55,577 nt of DNA, taken from Bacteroidales bacterium (GTDB lineage Bacteria; Bacteroidota; Bacteroidia; Bacteroidales; PWNQ01). Positions 19,038-28,879 of the stretch are shown here, piece by piece. The translations under genes and the position numbers were made by a program. Below the pieces are notes generated by a model. It saw only the letters and a list, made by a program, of their open reading frames with translations, was not told where the DNA came from and made no database searches. The stretch is taken from the NCBI GenBank assembly GCA_021740245.1, contig JAIPAE010000003.1, positions 1 through 55,577 on the forward strand, read 5' to 3'. The first letter of the stretch is position 1, and each line of letters begins with the position of its first letter.

Positions 19038-20606
19038 TTATTTGGTTTTGACTTTATATACAGCGTCAATAATAGTACCGTCTACCCATTTCACCACACC
19101 AATAATTTCATCTTCCAGTTGGGGGTTTTCCGGCATACCACAAATATCTTCTGCTTCCACTTTTAACTCTTCTATGGTTTTTAACGGCAATCCTGCATTA
19201 TGAGCTTTTTCGATCAGATCAATACGTTTTGGATTTATTGCAATACCCCGCTCGGTAACGATGACATCAATCAGTTCACCCGGACCGCAAAGCGTTGTAA
19301 CGCGATCACGGATCACCGGGATTCGATCACGGAACAATGGAATCGGCAAGATCGTAGTTCGCGCAAACAGGCAGTTTTGCCATCCACCAATACCATGTAA
19401 CATATATCCATCTGAGTGAGTAACGACGTTGGCATTGAAATTTACATCCACTTCCGTTGCTCCAAGCATTACAACATCCACCATAGAAGCAAAATTACCT
19501 TTTCCGTGATAGTTATAGCTGGTAAATGGGCTTGTATTCACATGATTAGGATTCTCCCGTATGGAACGAACACCTTCCAGATCAAAAGTCTGTCCGTCCA
19601 GAATATAATCTGCCAGTCCATCCTCAAGCATTTTCACCGGGTATTTATTAGAACCTGCACGTATGAAACGGGCTTTGATATTTCTTTCCTTCATCATTTG
19701 AGCAAAAAATTCACCTACAGCCAGCGCAGTACCACCTGCACCTGACTGAAACGAAAACCCGTCACGGATGATGCCGGCTGCATCGCAAAAATTAGCTGTT
19801 AATTCAGCGATTCGGAGCCTGTCAGGGCTTTTTGTTATCCGAGTGGTTCCGGAAACTATTTTTTCCGGTATTCCGATCTTGTCCACTTCTACAGTGTAGT
19901 CCACCCAGTTACCATGGATTTGCCAGGGAATACATGGAAAATCCACCAGATTATCAGTAGCCACGATCACTTTGTCAGCATGTTGTGCATCTGCCAGGGC
20001 AAAACCAAGTAATCCGCATGCAGCATCGCCATGAACGCCATTGGCATTACCAAATGCATCAGCGGCAGGTGCAGCAATAACTGCAATATCAATATGAACT
20101 TCACCATCTTGTACAGCCTGATAACGACCTCCATGAGAGCGCAAAACACCTACTCCTTTCATATTTCCTTCAGAGGCAAATTTTCCCAGGGGCCCATTCA
20201 TACTTCCCTCTATCCTGTTGATCACACCTGATTTCATATGTTCAATCATCGGCTCGTGGCAGGGGAAGGAAGCCGAGGGAAACCATCGTAAATCTTTAAT
20301 GCCCAGCTCAGCAGCAATTGCAAATATCTGATTAGCTATTACATCACCATTACGGAAATGATGATGTGTGGAAATAGTCATACCGTCTTTAATGCCAGAT
20401 TTTAACAAAGCTTCCTTCAGGGAAGACTGACGTTTATCCCCATCATCAGGATAATCAGCACAGCTTGGAATCGGTGGACCATACTTATTTCCCGTTGGGC
20501 GGTGCTTTCCAACACCTTTGAAAGCCACATGTTTTTCTCCGTTTATTTCTTCAGGGACCTTACGTCCTACAGCATTTTCGACTATTTTATCGTATTTTTT
20601 TGACAT
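19038..20606 (-). CDS. citF: Citrate lyase alpha subunit / CoA-transferase
   Basis: GIKDGMTISTHHHFRNGD, LRSHGGR, FSFQSGAGG, LGATEVDVNFNANV and DVIVTERGIAINP. Confidence 0.92.
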   Translation of the reverse strand: MSKKYDKIVENAVGRKVPEEINGEKHVAFKGVGKHRPTGNKYGPPIPSCADYPDDGDKRQSSLKEALLKSGIKDGMTISTHHHFRNGDVIANQIFAIAAELGIKDLRWFPSASFPCHEPMIEHMKSGVINRIEGSMNGPLGKFASEGNMKGVGVLRSHGGRYQAVQDGEVHIDIAVIAAPAADAFGNANGVHGDAACGLLGFALADAQHADKVIVATDNLVDFPCIPWQIHGNWVDYTVEVDKIGIPEKIVSGTTRITKSPDRLRIAELTANFCDAAGIIRDGFSFQSGAGGTALAVGEFFAQMMKERNIKARFIRAGSNKYPVKMLEDGLADYILDGQTFDLEGVRSIRENPNHVNTSPFTSYNYHGKGNFASMVDVVMLGATEVDVNFNANVVTHSDGYMLHGIGGWQNCLFARTTILPIPLFRDRIPVIRDRVTTLCGPGELIDVIVTERGIAINPKRIDLIEKAHNAGLPLKTIEELKVEAEDICGMPENPQLEDEIIGVVKWVDGTIIDAVYKVKTK

Positions 20607-20618
20607 CGTATTCCTGTT

Positions 20619-21830
20619 TTATTCTTTGTTTATCCAGTTTTCATCCAACAACCCGGTTTTTACAGCTACATATATCTGGCGTTGTGCCCGTTTCACAACC
20701 GGTGGGTCAATCATTTTAGAACCCAGTGAAACAACGCCCAGCCCTTTAGCTTTCGCATCTTCAAAAGCCTTATAGATTTTTTTCGCTTTATCCAGCTCTT
20801 TTTCAGAGGGTGCAAAAGTCTTCTGAACCACAGGAACCTGCCGTGGATGAATACAGCCCATGCCTTCAAACCCTAATTGTTTTGATCGAAGCACATTCTC
20901 TCTTAAGGCTTCCATATCTTCAATATCAGAAAAAACAGAATCTATCGGCTGAATTTTTGCAGCCCGGCAAGCATTAACCATTTGGCTTCGTGCATAAAAT
21001 GATTCTACGCCTTCATCGGTACGTAATGTACCCAGGTCTGCTGTGTAGTCTTCCAGCCCTATTGCCATAGCAACAACATTGTCAGTTGAAGATGCTATCT
21101 CATACGCTTTTATTACTCCTAAAGCACTCTCGATAATAGGCATCAACCAAATGTCATTATCTATATGGTGTTCATTTTTCAACTTATCTATAACCTTATT
21201 AACCGAATGAATTTGTTCAGCAGACTCACATTTGGGTACCAGAACCATATTAACACCGTGAGGAACTATGTATTCAAGGTCTTCCAATCCCTGTGGAATC
21301 TGATTTACTCTAACCATTCTTTCAGCCCCATAAAACTTTAGGTTTCTCAAAGCATTACGCACCAGAAAACGAGCTTCATATTTTTTATCAGGAGCAACAG
21401 CATCCTCCAGGTCCAGAATTAGTCCATCCGGTGAATGTACACCGGCATTTAGCATAAGCTTTGGAGTATTCCCGGGCAGATAAAGCCTTGTAAAACGATA
21501 ACGATCTTTTTTTCCGGGTTCACGGTTATCATCGCGTTGCGGCAACAAATAACTGATCTCCTTTCCTGTGGCCATACGCAAAGCAGCCTCAAGACGTGCA
21601 ACTATGATAAAATCCAGTGCACCTGTATCAACAACCCGGATTGTTCCATGAGTAAACTCAAACTGCGCTGCAACATCCTTCACCAGTTTGCGGATGTTAT
21701 TACCGTATAATTTGTCCACTTTACTCTCCAAGGATATTTCCAATGGGTTCTCACTCCTTAGGATTTCAACATAACAGTCTGATCTTACCTTGTCTCCATT
21801 ATTTCCGGCCTTGTAAATGTTTTTATTCAT
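20619..21830 (-). CDS. Fused citrate lyase ACP (CitD-like, about aa 1-90) and citryl-CoA lyase beta subunit (CitE)
   Basis: N-terminal SKVDKLYG...DTGALDFIIVARLEAA resembles CitD. C-terminal LYLPGN, LDLEDAV, RVN, IIESALG, GLEDYTAD, GMGCIHPRQ and KMIDPPV resemble CitE. Confidence 0.88.
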   Translation of the reverse strand: MNKNIYKAGNNGDKVRSDCYVEILRSENPLEISLESKVDKLYGNNIRKLVKDVAAQFEFTHGTIRVVDTGALDFIIVARLEAALRMATGKEISYLLPQRDDNREPGKKDRYRFTRLYLPGNTPKLMLNAGVHSPDGLILDLEDAVAPDKKYEARFLVRNALRNLKFYGAERMVRVNQIPQGLEDLEYIVPHGVNMVLVPKCESAEQIHSVNKVIDKLKNEHHIDNDIWLMPIIESALGVIKAYEIASSTDNVVAMAIGLEDYTADLGTLRTDEGVESFYARSQMVNACRAAKIQPIDSVFSDIEDMEALRENVLRSKQLGFEGMGCIHPRQVPVVQKTFAPSEKELDKAKKIYKAFEDAKAKGLGVVSLGSKMIDPPVVKRAQRQIYVAVKTGLLDENWINKE

Positions 21831-22127
21831 AATATGGATTTTGTCCTTAAAATTTTAACTACGAACTTAACAATAATGTGTTTAATTTACAACTATCGTT
21901 ATGCATCTTTTTTAGCTTGTTTTATTATGTGACTGATATCATTGTTTTACCATAATACCTGCTATTATATGTTTTTACAGGTACAATCTCACTTACATAA
22001 AATACACATTGAGAAAATCTATCATAATATCAAGTTCGATATATAAATTTAAACGTTCATCGTATATTACTAACAAGACAAATATAATCTTTATAACAAA
22101 AATATCCGTTTTAATCTTCTTAAATGT

Positions 22128-22135
22128 TAATTTTG
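22128..22135 (+). promoter_or_regulatory. -7 element (TAATTTTG) for the DUF5011 lipoprotein
   Basis: TAnnTTTG match ending 7 nt before the ATG at 22143. Confidence 0.5.
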
Positions 22136-22142
22136 TATCGTT

Positions 22143-22805
22143 ATGAGATCAAAACATATCAGCATTCTCGTTATTGGCCTGATATCCGCTATAGCATTCC
22201 GGCAATGCAATACACCGGATACTACACCGCCGGAATTAACACTTTCAGGACAAGATACACTTTTTTTAGTCTTGAATCAGGCATTTAATGATCCCGGGGC
22301 AACAGCTTATGATGAAGAAGAGGGTGATATCAGCAATAGTATCCTGGTAACAACCAGGTTAAATCCTGATAAAACAGGCATTTATAAAGTCTATTACACC
22401 GTAACCGATAAAGGTGGAAATAAGGCCCAAGAAGTCCGTTATGTTGTTGTTTATAATGAGGCTGAAAAGTATGCTGCTGTATATAACGCTCAGGTCAATG
22501 GTTTGAATAGCGGAACAAGCTTGAACTATACCGATTCCCTGACATTTTCAGAAACTGAAAATCATTTTCTGAATACCAGCAATTTTTTGAAGCAAAATAT
22601 TGAAATACTGGTTTATGCTTATTCTGACAGCGCCAGGATTGATCATCAACAGATAATTTATAACCAGGACACAGTATATATCGCTTCTGCAATAGCAGGA
22701 ACTGCAGATACTACGAAAATTGAATTAACATTTGATATGTTGGATGCAGACAGTAATCTGATAGATAGTTATAATTTTCAGTATCAAAATATCAGTCCAC
22801 TTTAA
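22143..22805 (+). CDS. Probable lipoprotein with DUF5011/HYR-like Ig domain
   Basis: Signal ending FRQC; DTTPPELTLSG...DPGATAYDEEEGD...GIYKVYYTVTDKGGN...RYVVV. Confidence 0.8.
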   Translation: MRSKHISILVIGLISAIAFRQCNTPDTTPPELTLSGQDTLFLVLNQAFNDPGATAYDEEEGDISNSILVTTRLNPDKTGIYKVYYTVTDKGGNKAQEVRYVVVYNEAEKYAAVYNAQVNGLNSGTSLNYTDSLTFSETENHFLNTSNFLKQNIEILVYAYSDSARIDHQQIIYNQDTVYIASAIAGTADTTKIELTFDMLDADSNLIDSYNFQYQNISPL

Positions 22806-23352
22806 TATGACCCCAGTTTTCTCCAGAACGGATACGGTTTAGCTGTGTATGTGTAATGCCAAATTCCTGCGCAATTTTATAAAGCTTCATATCTCCCTGC
22901 TTCAACATCTTTTTGATTTGTATCACCTGACTTTCGGTCAGTTTTGCATTATACATCCGCTTGTTGGAGTAATTGGGGTTTAATTTTTGATGGGCAAACA
23001 TTGTTGGTTTTGTAACCCATCTCAGGTTTTTTACGTGGTTATTGGTTTTATCATAATCCAAATGAATGACGTACTCTTGTTTATCATTATCTTTTGGTAA
23101 AAATTTGCCTGCCACCAGTTTATGAATATAGCGGGTTGTTCGCCGCCCGTTGATCAGCTTAATACTGATGCAGTTATATCCTTTCAGACGTCCACCTTTG
23201 ATAATTTTACCTTCTTTTGGGTTACGTTTAAAGCTTTTTATCCGTCCGTAATTGGATAACATATAATGCTCATCCGGATGCAATTCTGGTATATCCAGTC
23301 TTTTCCACTCTTCATCAGGGTATTTCTGTCGTATTTTTTTCTTTCTACCCAT
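22792..23352 (-). CDS. NUMOD4 + HNH_3-like + C-terminal HTH protein
   Basis: EEWK...YMLSNYGRIKS (NUMOD4); IHKLVA...VIHLDYDKTNNHVKNLRWVT (HNH); AKLTESQV...IAQEFGITHTQLNRIRSGENWGH (HTH). Confidence 0.85.
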   Translation of the reverse strand: MGRKKKIRQKYPDEEWKRLDIPELHPDEHYMLSNYGRIKSFKRNPKEGKIIKGGRLKGYNCISIKLINGRRTTRYIHKLVAGKFLPKDNDKQEYVIHLDYDKTNNHVKNLRWVTKPTMFAHQKLNPNYSNKRMYNAKLTESQVIQIKKMLKQGDMKLYKIAQEFGITHTQLNRIRSGENWGHIKVD

Positions 23353-23374
23353 AGTAATGGATTTTAGTCTAATA

Positions 23375-23382
23375 CAAACTTA
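23375..23382 (-). promoter_or_regulatory. -7 element (TAAGTTTG) for the NUMOD4/HNH gene
   Basis: TAnnTTTG match 22 bp upstream of the start. Confidence 0.5.
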
Positions 23383-23564
23383 ATAAAAAAACAAAACTCT
23401 TCACAAAAAGTAAAGAAAGAATTCCATAAAAACGTTGAGTTATTAACCACAGACAATACAGGCATAACTAACTGTATTAAAGCATCATTTAATCAGAGAA
23501 AAGCAAAGATTTAAGTAAAGTCTGTTAATAATGTCCTTGTGCGATAAAAAATAATATATTTGGC

Positions 23565-24467
23565 ATGTTGATAAAAAAAAATGATATTTTGTATAAATAT
23601 AAAGTACAGCTTTTAGCATTCGTTTTAGGTTTGAGTTTCCTTATTGTTTCTCAGGGATTTGCTCAGGAAAACAATCAGACTATGCAAAAGGGCTGGATGA
23701 TCGGTCTTCATATGGGCGTATATTTTGCAAATAATCACAGTGCAGAGTATTATAACGGACAGGAAACCAACGAGAACAACATCAGTTTTGTACTGGATAA
23801 TCAATACCGGAAGCAGGAGATTGTAGAATACTTCAATGTTCAGACATACATCTGGGATGAATCCGATCTTCCACAAAATATGAAATACGAGCCGGATATC
23901 AACATTGGTTTTTTGGCCCGCAACAATATAACAAATGACTGGGGTATATTTTTCAACATCAATTACACAAAGCTGGTAGCCAAGGGAAACTTCACTTTAC
24001 AATTCGATCCGGGTCAGATTATTACAGAACCGGATATGCGTGTTTTTGAAATCTATGGTGTAGAGGAGAGAACAAATATTGATATCGGAGTACATCGCCA
24101 ATTTAATACATTAACTCCAAACCTGACTTATTATGGAGAAATTGGCATTAACGTGAACAATACCAAAGTTGAAGAATCATCTGTTCAGTTAGAAGACCTG
24201 AATTACTCCATTGTTAATCGTTACGGTCCCGGACGCAACTATGTACCCGGACTGGCCCAGACAGAATATAATTTTCGTTTGGGCGGTATTGGTGCAGGTG
24301 CATTCGGAAGTATGGGGATTAAATATTTATACAATAATAAACTAACCATGAATGCAGGGCTAACATCTTACTTTAAGTACATTAATCTTACTGGCTACAA
24401 GAGTTTTACAGTACACTGGGCACCTTATGTCAGAGTCATGTATAATGGATTCTTTGATTTCCTTTAA
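23565..24467 (+). CDS. Hypothetical outer-membrane beta-barrel protein
   Basis: Signal peptide ending GFA-Q; alternating amphipathic strands (GWMIGLHMGVYF, YYGEIGINVN, GAFGSMGIKYLY). Exact start uncertain. Confidence 0.6.
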   Translation: MLIKKNDILYKYKVQLLAFVLGLSFLIVSQGFAQENNQTMQKGWMIGLHMGVYFANNHSAEYYNGQETNENNISFVLDNQYRKQEIVEYFNVQTYIWDESDLPQNMKYEPDINIGFLARNNITNDWGIFFNINYTKLVAKGNFTLQFDPGQIITEPDMRVFEIYGVEERTNIDIGVHRQFNTLTPNLTYYGEIGINVNNTKVEESSVQLEDLNYSIVNRYGPGRNYVPGLAQTEYNFRLGGIGAGAFGSMGIKYLYNNKLTMNAGLTSYFKYINLTGYKSFTVHWAPYVRVMYNGFFDFL

Positions 24468-24470
24468 GGC

Positions 24471-25865
24471 TTATTCATATTTACGGGCAGCGGGATAAAA
24501 GCCTTGTTCTCCATGGCCATTTTCAGCTTTCACTACAACCTTTCGTTTCCATCTGCCGGTTCGGTAATAAATATATGAAGCCAAAAAGCCAAAAAACCAG
24601 GCAATAGGAATCCCCCACCAGATACCTTCGTAACCCAGCCCGACAGATTCACGGGATAAAAGATAAGAGGCCGGAATGCGGAGTAGCCAAAGGGAAAACA
24701 ATGTTATCAGCATGCTGGTAATGGTATCTCCTGCTCCTCTAAGCACAGCCTGATTGATAAACATAGAAGAGAAAACAATATAAAAAGCGCCGACAATCAT
24801 CAAATAAGAATGCCCGATCTCCTTCACTGTCTGATCAGAAGTAAATGCTCCCATAAGTCTTTGACCAAACAGGATAACAATCAGGCTTATTACCAGTGAA
24901 ACACCAAATGAAATAAGCCATGTTGCATATAATCCTTTTTTTACACGTTCTGGCCGATTAGCTCCCAGATTTTGTCCGACAAAAGTTGACAAAGCTGCAG
25001 ATAAACTCATAGCCGGCATACCGGCAAATGAATCTATACGAATAGCTGCGGTATAAGCCGCTACTGTATTCGTTCCAAAATCGTTAACAATACGGAATAA
25101 GGCTATCATGCCAAATGCTACAAATGTGTGTTGTAACCCTGAGGGAATACCTATTTTTAATCCTTTTTTTAGAATTTCTCCGTCAAATACCCAGTTACGA
25201 ATCCTGAATGAAATGATTTCGTGAGTTCGGTTCAAATATATCACTGCTGTAAAAAAAGCACCGGCCTGAGACAGAACCGTGGCCAAAGCAGCACCTTCAA
25301 CTCCCATATCCATGCCAACAACAAAAAGAAAATCGAACAAAATATTTGCTAGTGTAGAAATAATCAAAAAATATAACGGTGTTTTACTATCGCCGGTTCC
25401 CCGGAGTATCGCACTGGTTGCATTGAACCCAAACAAAAAGACAAGGCCGGAAGCAAATATGGTAAAATATGACGATGCCATGGGGATAACTTCTTTGGGC
25501 AAGCGTATTAATTTAAAGATGTCATCACTGAAATATATTCCTATTCCTCCGAGGATAATTGCTGAAACAAGTGCAAAAGAAAACATCGTTGTTATAGAGC
25601 GGTGTACATTTTCGAACTGCTTTGCTCCGTAATACTGAGCAATCAGTATAGTTACACCAGCAGAAACCCCGATAAGCAAAGAAACCAAAACAAAAATCAC
25701 AGGAAAAGAAGCGCCTACTGCTGCCAGAGCTTCTTTTCCTATATATTTACCGACAATAATAGTATCTACAACATTATATAATTGTTGGAAAACATTACCT
25801 AAAAGCATCGGTAATGCAAAATATATAATTCTGCGACTTTCTTTACCTTTTGTGAGATCTGCCAT
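24471..25865 (-). CDS. MATE family efflux transporter
   Basis: DLTKG, GNVFQQLYNVVDTIIVG, LRGTGDSKTPL, GAALATV and GQNLGA. Confidence 0.95.
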   Translation of the reverse strand: MADLTKGKESRRIIYFALPMLLGNVFQQLYNVVDTIIVGKYIGKEALAAVGASFPVIFVLVSLLIGVSAGVTILIAQYYGAKQFENVHRSITTMFSFALVSAIILGGIGIYFSDDIFKLIRLPKEVIPMASSYFTIFASGLVFLFGFNATSAILRGTGDSKTPLYFLIISTLANILFDFLFVVGMDMGVEGAALATVLSQAGAFFTAVIYLNRTHEIISFRIRNWVFDGEILKKGLKIGIPSGLQHTFVAFGMIALFRIVNDFGTNTVAAYTAAIRIDSFAGMPAMSLSAALSTFVGQNLGANRPERVKKGLYATWLISFGVSLVISLIVILFGQRLMGAFTSDQTVKEIGHSYLMIVGAFYIVFSSMFINQAVLRGAGDTITSMLITLFSLWLLRIPASYLLSRESVGLGYEGIWWGIPIAWFFGFLASYIYYRTGRWKRKVVVKAENGHGEQGFYPAARKYE

Positions 25866-25931
25866 AGTCGTAGCTTCACTGAATTCTTAATAATGCAGTA
25901 TCACTTTAACTGCCAATGTTCAATTGGTTGG

Positions 25932-25939
25932 CAAAGATA
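25932..25939 (-). promoter_or_regulatory. -7 element (TATCTTTG) for MATE gene
   Basis: TAnnTTTG match in the response regulator-MATE spacer. Confidence 0.5.
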
Positions 25940-25977
25940 TTCTTTCGAACGATAATTTGAAATAAGAATGTAAACTT

Positions 25978-26403
25978 TTACTGGATCAGATGTTTGGCAA
26001 CAGTTTCCAGCAATACTTTCAACCGTATGGGCTTTGTAATTAAGTCATCGCAACCTGCCTGCAACACTTTTCCTTTCTCATTGGACATAACATAAGCTGT
26101 TTGGGCAATAATAGGGAGGTTTTTCCGGAAGGCTTTAATTTGTTTAGTTGCCTCATATCCATCAAGCTCTGGCAAACGTATATCCATTAACACCAGATCA
26201 ATATCCGGATTCTCTAATGCTAATTTCACAGCATCTTTACCATTCTTAGCCCACAACATTTTAGCATTTGTTCTGCTGAGTGCAGATGATATAAATAAAT
26301 GGTTTGCTTCAACATCCTCAACTATCAAGATAAGTTTATCACTCCAATTAAAGCGTTGTGCCCAGTTTATCGATGATTTATTAGACTCTTCCACAATTTT
26401 CAC
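25978..26403 (-). CDS. Single-domain response regulator receiver
   Basis: LIVEDV, LVLMDIRLPELDG (phospho-Asp), AQTA and TKP; no output domain. Confidence 0.9.
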   Translation of the reverse strand: MKIVEESNKSSINWAQRFNWSDKLILIVEDVEANHLFISSALSRTNAKMLWAKNGKDAVKLALENPDIDLVLMDIRLPELDGYEATKQIKAFRKNLPIIAQTAYVMSNEKGKVLQAGCDDLITKPIRLKVLLETVAKHLIQ

Positions 26404-26481
26404 ATTTTTTGAGGCATAAAATTATAAAAAAATCTCCTGATTTGCAAATAAGAAAGAAGATACATTTTAAATTAATCAAAT

Positions 26482-26513
26482 AAAAAAGCGGAGAACATGT
26501 ATAGTTCTCCGCT
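26482..26513 (-). terminator. Intrinsic terminator after floA
   Basis: Minus strand GCGGAGAAC-TATACAT-GTTCTCCGC-TTTTTT. Confidence 0.88.
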
Positions 26514-26531
26514 CTATTAGATCAATAAAAA

Positions 26532-27563
26532 TTATTCATCTTTTTTATCATTTTCATTTTTTGAAGTCTGATCATCATCCCTGTATGAAGAATCCTCTTC
26601 TTCCGGGTTGGCAATAGAACTTCTCATTTCCGTATCTGCTTGAATATTACGATATTTCTGATAGTCCATAATACCAAGATTTCCCGACCGGAAAGCTTCT
26701 GAAATGGCCTTAGGCACTTCAGCTTCAGCCTCAATAACTTTAGCCCTTGCTTCCTGTGCCTTAGCTTTCATTTCCTGTTCTTCGGCTACAGCCATAGCTC
26801 GTCGTTCTTCCGCTTTGGCCTGCGCAATATTCTTATCAGCATACGCCTGGTCCATTTGCAATTGAGCTCCTATATTCTTTCCTACATCAACATCGGCAAT
26901 ATCAATGGAAAGTATCTCAAAAGCAGTTCCGGAATCGAGTCCTTTTTCAAGAACTACGCGGGAGATGGAATCCGGGTTTTCGAGTACAGCCTTATGACTT
27001 TGAGCTGATCCGATGGACGAAACAACACCCTCACCAACGCGAGCCAGAACCGTTTCTTCACCTGCTCCACCGACAAGTTGCTTAATGTTAGCCCGCACAG
27101 TTACTCTTGCTTTGGCAATTAACTGAATTCCATCTTTGGCGATGGCTGATACTGGTGGTGTATTAATCACTTTTGGGTTAACAGACATTTGCACAGCTTC
27201 CAGTACATCACGGCCGGCCAGATCAATAGCTGCGGCTGTCTGAAAATCAAGCCCCATATTAGCTTTTTCGGCTGATATCAATGCATTAACAACTGATTTT
27301 ACCCGGCCACCTGCCAGGTAATGCGCTTCTAACTGGTCACGAGACAGGTTTAGTCCTGCTTTTGTTGAATTGATCATTGCCGTAACAATTATTCCAGGTG
27401 GTACCTTTCGCCAGCGCATAAGAACGAGCTGTAAAAGTGATATTCTTACGTTGGAAACCAACGCAGAAAACCACAACCCTACTGGGATAAAGTAAAAGAT
27501 GAGCCACAAAAAGAATATTGCAGCTACTCCAATGGCAATTAAAATTCCGATATTATAATCCAT
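26532..27563 (-). CDS. floA: Flotillin-like protein FloA (YqfA)
   Basis: [43 protein letters not shown] and [14 protein letters not shown]. Confidence 0.95.
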   Translation of the reverse strand: MDYNIGILIAIGVAAIFFLWLIFYFIPVGLWFSALVSNVRISLLQLVLMRWRKVPPGIIVTAMINSTKAGLNLSRDQLEAHYLAGGRVKSVVNALISAEKANMGLDFQTAAAIDLAGRDVLEAVQMSVNPKVINTPPVSAIAKDGIQLIAKARVTVRANIKQLVGGAGEETVLARVGEGVVSSIGSAQSHKAVLENPDSISRVVLEKGLDSGTAFEILSIDIADVDVGKNIGAQLQMDQAYADKNIAQAKAEERRAMAVAEEQEMKAKAQEARAKVIEAEAEVPKAISEAFRSGNLGIMDYQKYRNIQADTEMRSSIANPEEEDSSYRDDDQTSKNENDKKDE

Positions 27564-27574
27564 AGCATTCGTAT

Positions 27575-28048
27575 TTAATTTATATTATTTGGTTTAACAT
27601 ATATTTTTGTCCCTTCAACTTTGGTGACAATAATTTTGGTTTTTGCATTTATCATCCCTGAACGGGAATGTACTTCGTAATATTTCCCGTTGATCCTTGC
27701 TTTACCACTTGGTGTTAAACGCGATACAGCAATTCCAGCATCACCTTTCTGTACAACATTTTCTTCTAGTGTATTTGCTTTACCGCTAATCGTATAATCC
27801 AGTCCGGCTCGTTTCCAGGTTTTGGAACGAAAAGCCATGATTATGCTGGCCAGCGAACCCACTGCAGCACCGGCTAATGTCCAATGCCCGGCAGTAGCTC
27901 CATGCGTATTATAGGCCATGTAGATTGAAAAAACGATCAATCCAAACCCTGCTATGCCTGCTACGGTCGCACCAGGAATCACCAGTAACTCCAGCAGAAG
28001 CAATAAAATACCTACTAAAATCAAAATTATAATTAGTATCCAGCTCAT
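27575..28048 (-). CDS. Short NfeD (NfeD2) membrane protein
   Basis: ELLVIPG TM region followed by OB fold ([13 protein letters not shown]); directly upstream of floA. Confidence 0.88.
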   Translation of the reverse strand: MSWILIIILILVGILLLLLELLVIPGATVAGIAGFGLIVFSIYMAYNTHGATAGHWTLAGAAVGSLASIIMAFRSKTWKRAGLDYTISGKANTLEENVVQKGDAGIAVSRLTPSGKARINGKYYEVHSRSGMINAKTKIIVTKVEGTKIYVKPNNIN

Positions 28049-28851
28049 TATTTTGTATTCGGTTTATAGTATTCTTTTGCTTTAGGCAGAAACTCCTTCA
28101 TTGCTTTGATCCTGTTTTCATCCGAAGGATGTGTCGATATAAATTGAGGTACCGAAGCACCGTTTTTCATATCCTGCATCCGCTTCCAAAACTCTATGGA
28201 TTTTGCCGGATCATAACCGGCCTGGGCCATAAATACCATTCCAAGCTTATCGGCTTCATATTCATGTTTCCTGGAATAAGCCAAAGTACCTAGTTGAGTA
28301 CCAATACCATAAGCTGCCCTGAAAATATTTTTCGTTTTCTCAGGTTCTTCTTTCATTGCTACTTCCAGAGACATCCCTCCTAACATCACCAATAATTGCT
28401 GACTCATCCTTTCGTTACCGTGCTTGGCAACGGCATGTGCTATTTCATGTCCCAAAACTGTTGCCATCCCATATTTATCTTTTGTAACAGGTATTATGCC
28501 CGTATAAACAGCAATCTTGCCACCTGGCATACACCAGGCATTCACTACATCATCTTTTATCACATTATACTCCCACTCGAAACCTTTTATCCGGTTTGTC
28601 TTCCCCTTTTTTTTCAAATACGATTCCACCGCATTGGAAATATCAGTTCCAATTTTGCTCACGAACTGAGAATGTTGATTCCGATCAGACAATACAGTGC
28701 TTTCCTTTAGTATCCCTTGATAATTTGTCAGGCTCATGCTAAGCATAATATTACCCGGGAGTAAATTCATCTGCTTCCTTCCGCTAATCGGAACTTTTGC
28801 ACATGATGAAAACAGTGTAACCACAACTAATACTAATAATGACTTTTTCAT
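28048..28851 (-). CDS. M48 family Zn metalloprotease lipoprotein
   Basis: Lipobox FSSC; NAWCMPGG, HEIAH, YSRKHEYEAD and STHPS. Confidence 0.92.
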   Translation of the reverse strand: MKKSLLVLVVVTLFSSCAKVPISGRKQMNLLPGNIMLSMSLTNYQGILKESTVLSDRNQHSQFVSKIGTDISNAVESYLKKKGKTNRIKGFEWEYNVIKDDVVNAWCMPGGKIAVYTGIIPVTKDKYGMATVLGHEIAHAVAKHGNERMSQQLLVMLGGMSLEVAMKEEPEKTKNIFRAAYGIGTQLGTLAYSRKHEYEADKLGMVFMAQAGYDPAKSIEFWKRMQDMKNGASVPQFISTHPSDENRIKAMKEFLPKAKEYYKPNTK

Positions 28852-28879
28852 AATGTTTTTTTAATCAATTGTGATTTAA

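Noticed and set aside
22792-23352. HNH gene as a sign of a prophage or group I intron
   Set aside because: No phage genes, integrase, att-like repeats or interrupted host gene around it.
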